NCBI GenBank assembly: GCA_020429915.1
Contig: JAGQKV010000019.1
Span: 85,727 to 149,726 of the forward strand
Source of the DNA: Candidatus Omnitrophota bacterium
GTDB taxonomy: Bacteria; Omnitrophota; Gorgyraeia; Zapsychrales; Zapsychraceae
Direction of reading: 5' to 3'
DNA: 64,000 nt
Shown one piece after another: positions 47,486-55,485 of this stretch; position 1 is the stretch's first letter; each line of letters begins with the position of its first letter. A program made the position numbers and the translations under genes. The notes beneath the pieces were generated by a model. The model had not been told where the DNA came from, searched no databases, and worked only from the letters and a program-made list of their open reading frames with translations.

Positions 47486-49731
47486 ATTTAGCCAAGTCCG
47501 CGGCCGTCCGGCTGAGCGCCGCGGTGATTATTATTGTGACCGTCGGACTGCTGGCCTACGCGAACAACTACCGCAACAGCTGGCACTTCGACGACCAAAG
47601 CTATATCGTGCAGAATCCGACCATCCGCTCGCTGGACAACTTCAGGGGGATGTGGGATCGGTTGAGCGCCCCGGGGCGGGTTGTCGTTCTGTACAGCTTC
47701 GCTCTCAATTACCATTTCGGCGGGACCGATGTTTTCGGATACCATGTCGTTAACAATGCGATTCATGTTACCGCCGCGGTGTTCGTCTTCGGCATTGTCT
47801 GGATGCTGATGGCCACACCCCGGATGGCGGGATCACCTCCGGCCCGTGGCCGTTGGTTGGTGGCCCTGTTCACAGCATTGATCTTTGTCAGTCATCCGTT
47901 GCAGACGCAGGCGGTTACTTATATTTGTCAACGTTTCGCGTCGTTGGCGACCCTGTTTTATGTTATGAGCGTGTTTTGGTATCTGTGCGGCCGGTTACGC
48001 CGTAGGGGGGCGTCCGTCTATTTTGTCCTGGCTGCGGTGTCCGCGGTCCTGGGGATGTTCAGCAAGCAGATCGTGATTACGTTACCGGTTGTAATCCTGA
48101 TTATCGAATGGCTTTTTTTCGGGGCGTTTACACGGCACGGGGGAAGGCTCCGTATTCCCTGGAAAGTCATCGTCCCCTTGGCCGTGCTGCTTATGATTAT
48201 TCCCGCGCTGTATTCATTTCGGGCCGGGGCCATTCTCTCGATCAAGCACAAATCCTCGGGATCATACCGCGGTGAACTCATCAACCGGCAATCGTATTCA
48301 TTGACGCAATTGCGCGTTATTCCGACGTACATACGCCTGCTCGTGTTTCCCGTGGGACAAAACCTCTTGTATGATTTCAAGACATCCAAGAGTCTGACGG
48401 AACCCAAGACGCTGGCCGGATTAATACTGATCCTGAGTTTGATCGCGCTCGCCCTGGCGCTGCGCCGACGGAACCCGCTGGCGGCCTTCGGAATCTTTTG
48501 GTTTTTTGTGACACTTTCGGTTGAATCCACTGTCATACCGATCCGGCACGTCATTTTTGAGCACCGGGTGTATTTGCCGAGCGTCGGATTTTGTTTGTTG
48601 GCTGCCTCGCTGGTCTATCAGTGGTCCCGGCAACCCCGCCGGGCAGCCGCGGTATTGTCTGTGATTGTTTTGGCCCTGACCGTGCTGACGCACGAACGCA
48701 ACAAGGTGTGGCGGGATGAACTGACGTTGTGGGAAGACGTCAAAGAAAAGTCGCCGCACAAGATGCGCCCGTATCTGAATACCGGCATCGCGCATTCGGC
48801 GAACGGGGAGTTTGAAAAGGCTATTGCCGATTTTCAGATCGCGCTGGAAAAGGTCCCCAACAGCATCATGGCGCTCAATAATCTCGGGATCACCTACACC
48901 CGGCAGCATCGTTATGAAGAGGCCCTCGCCGCGTTTGACCGCGCGTTGGCCATCAGCGACAAATGGGAGGAGGTGTGGAACAATCGCGGCGATGTCTTTC
49001 GGCACCGCGGGGAATTTGCCGCGGCCTTGGCCGACTATGACCGGGCCTTGTCCATCAATCCGCAGATGTACCAAACATTAAGCAATCGCGGGGTGGTTCT
49101 GGCACACTTGGGCCGCGACGAAGAGTCCTTGGCTGATTTTCAACGGTCGCTGGAGATCGCGCCGGGTTTTATTGAGGCCCACCAAAATCGTGGGAATTTG
49201 CTGGGCCGGATGCGCCGCTACGAAGAGGCCATTGCAGATTTCACGGTGGTCATTCGCAGCAATCCACGCATTCCGCAAATCTATAACAACCGGGGCAACG
49301 CCTACCGGCGGCTTAAGCAATATGACCTGGCACTGGCCGACTACAACCGGGCGATTGACCTCGACCCGGATTTTGCCGAGGCCTACAATAACCGGGGAGT
49401 GGTGTATCGTGAACAGGGTCGGGCAGACCTTGCCCTCAAGGACTACGATAAGGCCCTGTCACTCGATCCCCGCTACGTCACCGCATACAATAACCGCGGA
49501 AATCTTCATAAGGTGGAAGGGCGCTACGGAGCTGCCCTTGAGGACTTCAACACCGCGTTGAAGATCGAACCGGAAAACCGGTACGTGTATTTTAACCGTG
49601 CCAAGACGCATTTAAGCCGGCATGATTTTCAGGCCGCCCTGCGCGATGCTGAAATATCCCGGCATCTCGGCTACAGTCAGGCGGCGCCGTTTATCAACCG
49701 TATCAAGCAGGTGATGCATGCCCGGCCTTGA
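47482..49731 (+). CDS. TMTC/PMT-like membrane-TPR protein, paralog 2.
   Basis: 749 aa. WHFDDQSYIVQNP and the same conserved blocks as 45662-47485. 8-9 C-terminal TPR units. ATGA overlap with paralog 1. Confidence 0.8.
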   Translation: MNLAKSAAVRLSAAVIIIVTVGLLAYANNYRNSWHFDDQSYIVQNPTIRSLDNFRGMWDRLSAPGRVVVLYSFALNYHFGGTDVFGYHVVNNAIHVTAAVFVFGIVWMLMATPRMAGSPPARGRWLVALFTALIFVSHPLQTQAVTYICQRFASLATLFYVMSVFWYLCGRLRRRGASVYFVLAAVSAVLGMFSKQIVITLPVVILIIEWLFFGAFTRHGGRLRIPWKVIVPLAVLLMIIPALYSFRAGAILSIKHKSSGSYRGELINRQSYSLTQLRVIPTYIRLLVFPVGQNLLYDFKTSKSLTEPKTLAGLILILSLIALALALRRRNPLAAFGIFWFFVTLSVESTVIPIRHVIFEHRVYLPSVGFCLLAASLVYQWSRQPRRAAAVLSVIVLALTVLTHERNKVWRDELTLWEDVKEKSPHKMRPYLNTGIAHSANGEFEKAIADFQIALEKVPNSIMALNNLGITYTRQHRYEEALAAFDRALAISDKWEEVWNNRGDVFRHRGEFAAALADYDRALSINPQMYQTLSNRGVVLAHLGRDEESLADFQRSLEIAPGFIEAHQNRGNLLGRMRRYEEAIADFTVVIRSNPRIPQIYNNRGNAYRRLKQYDLALADYNRAIDLDPDFAEAYNNRGVVYREQGRADLALKDYDKALSLDPRYVTAYNNRGNLHKVEGRYGAALEDFNTALKIEPENRYVYFNRAKTHLSRHDFQAALRDAEISRHLGYSQAAPFINRIKQVMHARP

Positions 49732-50674
49732 TTCCGGACAACGTTATATTTTGACCGTGACCTTGAACACAACCGTCGACACGATGCTCCGCTACCGGCG
49801 CGTTGGAGGAAGTTGCCGTTTCGAGAAGGAAACCCGTGTGGCCGGCGGAAAGGGGCTCAATGTGTCACGAGCCCTGCGCCGGCTGGGCCGGGCGAGTCTG
49901 GCTGCCGGAATCGTCGGCGGTTGTACCGGGCGGGACATCGAACAGCTGTTACGCCGGGAAGGTCTGCGGTACCGGTTTTATCGGAACGACGCCGAGAGCC
50001 GACAGAATCTCATTCTGTGTCTGCCGGAGTTGTCCCCGGCCAACCGGGTCTTCCGGCAGACGCCGTCGATTTCGGGCCATGGATACAGGGAGTTCCGCGG
50101 ACTCTACCGGGACGCCCTGCATCGGGCCGACATGGCGGTGCTCAGCGGTAGTGTGCTGGACGGACTTCCGCCGGCGGTATACGCGGATTTGATCCGCGAT
50201 GCGCGCCGACGAAAGATTCCGGTGCTGCTGGATGCCAGCGGCACCCCCCTGCGTGAGGGTTTGAGGGCCCGGCCGACGTTCATCAAGCCGAACCTAACCG
50301 AAATTCAACACGCCACCGGTATCCGCGTCCGGACGTTAAACGACGCGGTGAAGGCTGCCGCATCGTTGCGGCGGATGGATCTTCCCAATATTTATCTCAG
50401 CCTCGGCGAGCGCGGGGCGATCGGTTGCAATCATAACGAATTGTGGTATGCTAAGGCGCCGAAGGTCGCCGTCCGCAATACAGTCGGCTGCGGGGACGCG
50501 TTCGTCGCCGCCGTTTGCGCCGCTCACTTGGACAAGCTGTCTTTGTCTGTTGCGCTTTCGTTGGCCGTGGCGGCGGGAACCGTCAGCGCGACCAATTTTG
50601 TTCCGGGTTTGGTCGATCCGACTGCCGTACGCGATATGGCCGCCCGCATTAAATTGAGGAAACTCCCTTTATAG
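49718..50674 (+). CDS. PfkB-family carbohydrate kinase (1-phosphofructokinase/tagatose-6-P kinase-like).
   Basis: 318 aa. GGKGLNVSRAL N-motif and C-terminal TVGCGDAFVAA (PfkB signature 2). Overlaps the upstream gene by 14 nt. Confidence 0.75.
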   Translation: MPGLDSGQRYILTVTLNTTVDTMLRYRRVGGSCRFEKETRVAGGKGLNVSRALRRLGRASLAAGIVGGCTGRDIEQLLRREGLRYRFYRNDAESRQNLILCLPELSPANRVFRQTPSISGHGYREFRGLYRDALHRADMAVLSGSVLDGLPPAVYADLIRDARRRKIPVLLDASGTPLREGLRARPTFIKPNLTEIQHATGIRVRTLNDAVKAAASLRRMDLPNIYLSLGERGAIGCNHNELWYAKAPKVAVRNTVGCGDAFVAAVCAAHLDKLSLSVALSLAVAAGTVSATNFVPGLVDPTAVRDMAARIKLRKLPL

Positions 50675-50686
50675 GAAAGGACCGGC

Positions 50687-51325
50687 ATGGAAACGTTGGA
50701 AGCACACGCCTCCGAATCCACTCACTATATCGACGATACCCTGAGGGCCGAGATCATTGCCCTGTCCAAAGACTTTAAACGTTCCTGGATCAGTCTGGGC
50801 CGGCATTTGTACGCGGTTTGGCAGGACAAACTCTACCGCAACTGGGGTTTTGAGAAGTTCGAGAACTATATCGAAGGGGAAGTGGGACTCAAAAAGAATC
50901 TGGCCACGAAGCTGCTGCGGTCGTACCTCTTTCTCGAGCAGGACGAACCCCAATACCTGGACGCCGAGTTTACCAACGAGCGGGACGCCATGAAAGTGCC
51001 CGGGTATGAAGAAATTAACTTTCTGCGCTTAGCCAAGCACAAGAAGGAAGTGAAGAGAGACGACTACGCCCGGATGAAGAAGGATGTGTTCGAGAAGGGC
51101 AAGAACGCGACGGTGATGCGCAAGGATCTGACCGCGTTGATGAAGGAACGCAAATACGTCGATCCGGATCAGGAGCGCGAAGACCGTCATCAGACAGCCA
51201 TCCGCCGGGTCGTCCATTCCCTGAAGAACTTCCAGAAGGATATGGAAGCCCTGCAGCTCATTCCCGCCGCCATTATGGACGACACCAAGAAATTGCTCGA
51301 CCGCCTGGAAGCCGAGCTGGATTAA
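50687..51325 (+). CDS. Hypothetical protein (first gene of the ATP-grasp cluster).
   Basis: 212 aa, charged and helical. No domain recognised. 2-nt gap to the next gene. Confidence 0.5.
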   Translation: METLEAHASESTHYIDDTLRAEIIALSKDFKRSWISLGRHLYAVWQDKLYRNWGFEKFENYIEGEVGLKKNLATKLLRSYLFLEQDEPQYLDAEFTNERDAMKVPGYEEINFLRLAKHKKEVKRDDYARMKKDVFEKGKNATVMRKDLTALMKERKYVDPDQEREDRHQTAIRRVVHSLKNFQKDMEALQLIPAAIMDDTKKLLDRLEAELD

Positions 51326-51327
51326 GG

Positions 51328-52359
51328 ATGCCGCTAAAATCTCCCGTTAACCTCGATTCGATCAGCGATGAGGCGCTGCTCGGGACCCGGGTCTGCGATC
51401 TTCCTGTTACGGTATCCGGGACCTGGCTGGCGGACTGCGTGGAGCAACTGTACCGGGAGTTGGCGGACAACGGTATTTTGTTCCGGCCAAAATGCTTCCT
51501 TGCCGACGAGTGGCTCACACCGGAAAATGAAACCTGTATCGGCATTCCTTTTTACCTGGCACATCCGCGATTGACCGCCTTGGAAAAACATTTTATGGAA
51601 CGTGCGGAAGGCGAGGAGCGGACCGAGTGCATGAAGCTGTTGCGACATGAGGCCGGTCACGCATTGTACTACGCCTACCGCATCCACGCCCGCCGGAAGT
51701 GGCAGCGTTTGTTCGGTTCGGCCAAGACCGAGTACGGTGAGACCTACCGCTACCGGCCCTACAGCCGCAATTTTGTCAGACATCTCGAGGGCCATTACGC
51801 CCAATACCATCCTGAAGAAGATTTTGTGGAAACGTTCGCCGTCTGGCTCACGCCCGGACTGGACTGGCGCAGCCGTTACCGCGGCTGGAAGGCGCTGGAC
51901 AAACTCAATTACGTGGATCGCCTGATGAATACCTTGCGCGGTCGTCCGCCGCGGCACACCAGCGCCCGTCAATATTGGCGGATCTCTACGCTGCGTTGCA
52001 CCCTGCGGCATTATTACAAACGCAAACGCCGTGCCATGGCCGAGGAATTTCCCGACTTTCATGATTCATTTCTGAAAAAGCGTTTTCTTTCGGGGACGGA
52101 AAACGGCACCGGATCGCAGCCCGCCGCCGCCATTTTGCGTAAATACCGGAAAGAGCTGGTGGACAACATCGCCCTGATTTCCGGAGAACCCAAACACTTG
52201 ATCCGGGAGTTGCTCACGGCCATTCAGAAACGCAGCCGTCAATTGGATCTCTCCACCGTTGACAATGAATCCGCCGTACTGCTGAGCATCTCCGCTTACA
52301 TTACGTCACTCGCCAAGAATTATCAGTACACCGGTCGCTACCGGGGAAAGAAGGCATAA
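51328..52359 (+). CDS. HExxH-motif protein (putative zinc-dependent hydrolase or regulatory domain).
   Basis: 343 aa. LLRHEAGHALYYAY contains HExxH, with a downstream acidic block HPEEDFVETFAVWL. Confidence 0.5.
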   Translation: MPLKSPVNLDSISDEALLGTRVCDLPVTVSGTWLADCVEQLYRELADNGILFRPKCFLADEWLTPENETCIGIPFYLAHPRLTALEKHFMERAEGEERTECMKLLRHEAGHALYYAYRIHARRKWQRLFGSAKTEYGETYRYRPYSRNFVRHLEGHYAQYHPEEDFVETFAVWLTPGLDWRSRYRGWKALDKLNYVDRLMNTLRGRPPRHTSARQYWRISTLRCTLRHYYKRKRRAMAEEFPDFHDSFLKKRFLSGTENGTGSQPAAAILRKYRKELVDNIALISGEPKHLIRELLTAIQKRSRQLDLSTVDNESAVLLSISAYITSLAKNYQYTGRYRGKKA

Positions 52360-52365
52360 CAGGCT

Positions 52366-53373
52366 ATGGGTAGACGAACAAAGGTCTTGATGTTGTTCAG
52401 CAGTCCGTATAACCGTCCGCGGGGATACGATTACGCCGAGGAATTCGCGGACCCCGATGACATGTATACCGAGAATGATGTCCATCGCGCCCTGCTGGAG
52501 AATAACTACGATGTGCGCCTGTTGGGAATTCACAATGATCTGGGAACTTTTTTCGAAGAGATCCGGGAGGATCGACCGGATGTCATCTTTAACCTGATGG
52601 AAGTCTTCGACGGAAAATCGCATTTGGAAAAGAATATCGCCGCCCTGTTGGAAATGGTCGGCATTCCATTTACGGGTTCTTCGTCCGACACGCTGCACCT
52701 GTGCAATAACAAGGAGCTGAACCGCAAGCTCTTTCGTTTTCACCGGATCAAGATTCCATACTTTCAAGCCTTTCACCGTCATCACAAGGTTTGGTTGCCC
52801 AGGAAAATGAGTCTGCCCTGTATCGTTAAACCATTGGCCGAAGAGGCCTCGCGGGGGATCTCCCAGGCCTCGATCGTCGACAGCGAGGAGGCGTTTGTGG
52901 ACCGGGTCCGCTTTATTCATGAGAAGATGCAGCAGGACGCAATCGGGGAGGAGTTTATCGACGGGCGCGAGCTCTATGTTACGGTCATGGGACACAAGAA
53001 GCTGACGGTTTTTCCGCCGCGTGAGATGCGTTTTGGTGAACTGCCGGAGGACGCACGCATCGCGACTTACAAAGCCAAGTGGGACGATCAGTACCGGGCC
53101 AAGTGGGGGATTAAGAGTGTGCATGTCGGCAAGCTTCCCGCGGGGGCCGAGCAGGAGATTGCCGAGGTCTGCAAACGCGCCTACCGCGCGTTGAACGCGC
53201 GTAGCTACCTGCGGTTCGATATTCGGCTTAACAGCGCCGGTCAGGTGTACATCATCGAACCCAATGCCAACCCGTGTATCGCCCGTGTTGACGAAGTGGC
53301 GCTCAGCGCGGAGAAGGCCGGGGTAGCGTTTTCCCGGTTGATCAGGAAGATCGTGCAGCTTGCCGTTAAATAA
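52366..53373 (+). CDS. ATP-grasp ligase of the D-alanine--D-alanine ligase-like family.
   Basis: 335 aa. Pre-ATP-grasp domain, PCIVKPLAEEASRGI, ELYVTVMG, and C-terminal FDIRL...YIIEPNANP Mg/ATP-binding motifs. Confidence 0.75.
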   Translation: MGRRTKVLMLFSSPYNRPRGYDYAEEFADPDDMYTENDVHRALLENNYDVRLLGIHNDLGTFFEEIREDRPDVIFNLMEVFDGKSHLEKNIAALLEMVGIPFTGSSSDTLHLCNNKELNRKLFRFHRIKIPYFQAFHRHHKVWLPRKMSLPCIVKPLAEEASRGISQASIVDSEEAFVDRVRFIHEKMQQDAIGEEFIDGRELYVTVMGHKKLTVFPPREMRFGELPEDARIATYKAKWDDQYRAKWGIKSVHVGKLPAGAEQEIAEVCKRAYRALNARSYLRFDIRLNSAGQVYIIEPNANPCIARVDEVALSAEKAGVAFSRLIRKIVQLAVK

Positions 53374-53525
53374 CTTACCCGCCTGCCGTAGTTATTTCCG
53401 CTTTCTCAAAATCGTAAATCTTACGGTTTCCCGTCGAAAAAATTATTTTAATCGCTTGATTTTGTCGGCATTATCCCAATAATAAAAAGTGTGTCCTTTA
53501 ACAATCTCAGTTAAAAGGAGGCTCC

Positions 53526-54722
53526 ATGACCGACCCGACGCAGATCCCCTTCCTGATTAAGCTCCTCGATGACGAATCACCCAACATTCAAAGCAAAGTC
53601 AAAAGAGAGCTCGATGCCTTCGGCCCCCTGCTGATGAGTGAACTGCGCAAGATTTCATTTCCGCTGTCCAACAGACAAAAGGAAAGTCTGGATCTGATTT
53701 TCGAACGCCAGCAACGGGCGCAGCTGCGTCGTTTGTGGTCGAGCTGGTACACGGTGGAAGGAGGGTATCCCCGGTTGGAGGCGGCCTTGAGCCTTATCAG
53801 CGACTATCTGACCGCCTATGATTACGACATCCGTCTCAGCGGTTTATTGGATGATTTGGCGACGCAATACCGGCGCAAGTACAACAGCAAGGATCCGCGA
53901 CTGCTCGCGCAATTTCTGTTTGATGATCTGGGCATGCAGGGAAACGATGAGGATTACTACAATCCCCAGAACAGCAATATGAACTTTGTCATCAACGAGA
54001 AACAGGGGATCCCCATCAGTCTGGTGAGTATTTACATGCTCGTCGGATACCGGGTGGGAATACCCATTGAGGGATGCCCGTTTCCGGGACATTTCCTGGC
54101 CCGTATCGAATTGTACGGCCAGAACGCGTTTATTGACTGTTACAGTAACGGTCAGCTAATCATGGAAAGCGATTTTCTCAAAGCCCGTGACGAGATCGCC
54201 GAAAACATCACCGATACCCTGTATGAACAAATCTCGACCGAGGCCATGATCCGCCGGTATCTGGCGAACCTGGTGCGAGCCTTCCAGATCGAGGAGGACC
54301 TGACATCCGCCAATTTTGTCGCCGGGCTGTTCGAGGACCTGGAATTCCGCATCGCCAACAAGACCTTCGAAACCATCACGCCGGATCAGATCATCAATTG
54401 CAGTGAACCGCGCTATCTTCCCGGGAATCTGGTTAAACACAGCCGCTACGGTTACCGGGCTATTGTCGTGGACATCGATCCGGAATGCCGGGCCACGGAC
54501 GAATGGTACTATGGTAATCAAACCCAACCATCCCGTGAGCAGCCGTGGTTTCACCTGCTGGTCCACGATTCGGAACAGGTCACGTATGTGGCGGAAAACA
54601 ATTTATTGCCGGATGAGTCCCGTCACGAGATCAAGCATCCGCTGTTATCCTATTTCTTCGTCCGCTCGGATGGAGGCGCTTATCTGCGCAACGAGAATCA
54701 GTGGCCGGAAACGGATTTTTAG
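53526..54722 (+). CDS. Fusion protein: N-terminal transglutaminase-like/SirB1-type domain plus C-terminal YccV/HspQ-like (hemimethylated-DNA-binding-type) domain.
   Basis: 398 aa. C-terminus VKHSRYGYRAIVVDIDPEC...WFHLLVHD closely resembles HspQ (RHSLLGYLGVVVDVDPEY...WYHVVMED). Confidence 0.65.
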   Translation: MTDPTQIPFLIKLLDDESPNIQSKVKRELDAFGPLLMSELRKISFPLSNRQKESLDLIFERQQRAQLRRLWSSWYTVEGGYPRLEAALSLISDYLTAYDYDIRLSGLLDDLATQYRRKYNSKDPRLLAQFLFDDLGMQGNDEDYYNPQNSNMNFVINEKQGIPISLVSIYMLVGYRVGIPIEGCPFPGHFLARIELYGQNAFIDCYSNGQLIMESDFLKARDEIAENITDTLYEQISTEAMIRRYLANLVRAFQIEEDLTSANFVAGLFEDLEFRIANKTFETITPDQIINCSEPRYLPGNLVKHSRYGYRAIVVDIDPECRATDEWYYGNQTQPSREQPWFHLLVHDSEQVTYVAENNLLPDESRHEIKHPLLSYFFVRSDGGAYLRNENQWPETDF

Positions 54723-54734
54723 TGATTTCAGGGC

Positions 54735-54763
54735 TTGACGGCCACATTTATGTGTGGTATAAA
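54735..54763 (+). promoter_or_regulatory. lexA promoter with an embedded palindrome (candidate SOS operator).
   Basis: TTGACG, 17-nt spacer, TATAAA. The spacer contains CCACA-N6-TGTGG (54742-54757), positioned for autorepression. Confidence 0.5.
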
Positions 54764-54770
54764 GTAGGCT

Positions 54771-55370
54771 ATGAACAGTCCCCGACTCACTAATAAGCAG
54801 AAAGACGTCCTCAAATACATTTACCGAAGTATCCGGCAAAACAAGCTGCCGCCCACCATTCGCGAAATCGCCCGCGAATTCGGATTTTCTTCCACAGGAA
54901 CTGTCAGGGATTATCTAAAAGCCTTGGTTTCCAAAGGTTACATCCGCATCACTGCCAACAAGTCACGGGCTATTGAGCTGGTCTCGGAAAGTCTGTTTTC
55001 GCTGCCAATTCTTGGCCGCGTGCAGGCCGGGTTGCCGACATTGGCCGTAGAGGAGATCGAAGGCTACCTGAATCTCGATGCCCTTCTGTTTGAGGAGGAA
55101 TCGGCCTTTGCTCTGCGGGTCCGGGGCGACAGCATGAACGGTGCCGGCATCATGCCGGATGACCTGGTCCTCGTCCGCCGGCAAAATGTGGCCCAGACCG
55201 GCGAGACCGTGGTGGCGCTCATTGACGAGGAAGCCACCGTCAAATACCTCCAAAAGCAAAACGGCGGCTATGTCCTGCAGGCCGCCAATCCCGCCTATCC
55301 GCCTATTCCGGTCGACGAAAACGTGTCCATTATCGGCAAGGTGATCAGCGTCGTCCGCCGTTACCGCTAA
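54771..55370 (+). CDS. lexA: LexA repressor.
   Basis: 199 aa. N-terminal winged HTH (LTNKQKDVLKYI...IREIAREFGFSSTGTV). Cleavage-site region. S24 peptidase motifs GDSMNGAGI and K in VVALIDEEATVKYL. Confidence 0.9.
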   Translation: MNSPRLTNKQKDVLKYIYRSIRQNKLPPTIREIAREFGFSSTGTVRDYLKALVSKGYIRITANKSRAIELVSESLFSLPILGRVQAGLPTLAVEEIEGYLNLDALLFEEESAFALRVRGDSMNGAGIMPDDLVLVRRQNVAQTGETVVALIDEEATVKYLQKQNGGYVLQAANPAYPPIPVDENVSIIGKVISVVRRYR

Positions 55371-55485
55371 GTCGTCCCGTCCTAAAGACTGCTTCGCCCT
55401 CAATTTCTCATTGTCTTTACTGGTCGATCATAGGATAATGTAGCCTGCGTTTAATCCGAAACGGAAGATAAAACAGGGAAGTGGT

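Noticed and set aside
53374-53525. Palindrome CGTAA-N3-TTACG in the AT-rich leader of the transglutaminase-like/HspQ gene, considered as a second LexA-type box.
   Set aside because: It does not match the CCACA-N6-TGTGG palindrome in the lexA promoter. A single occurrence without corroboration. Kept only as a remark.
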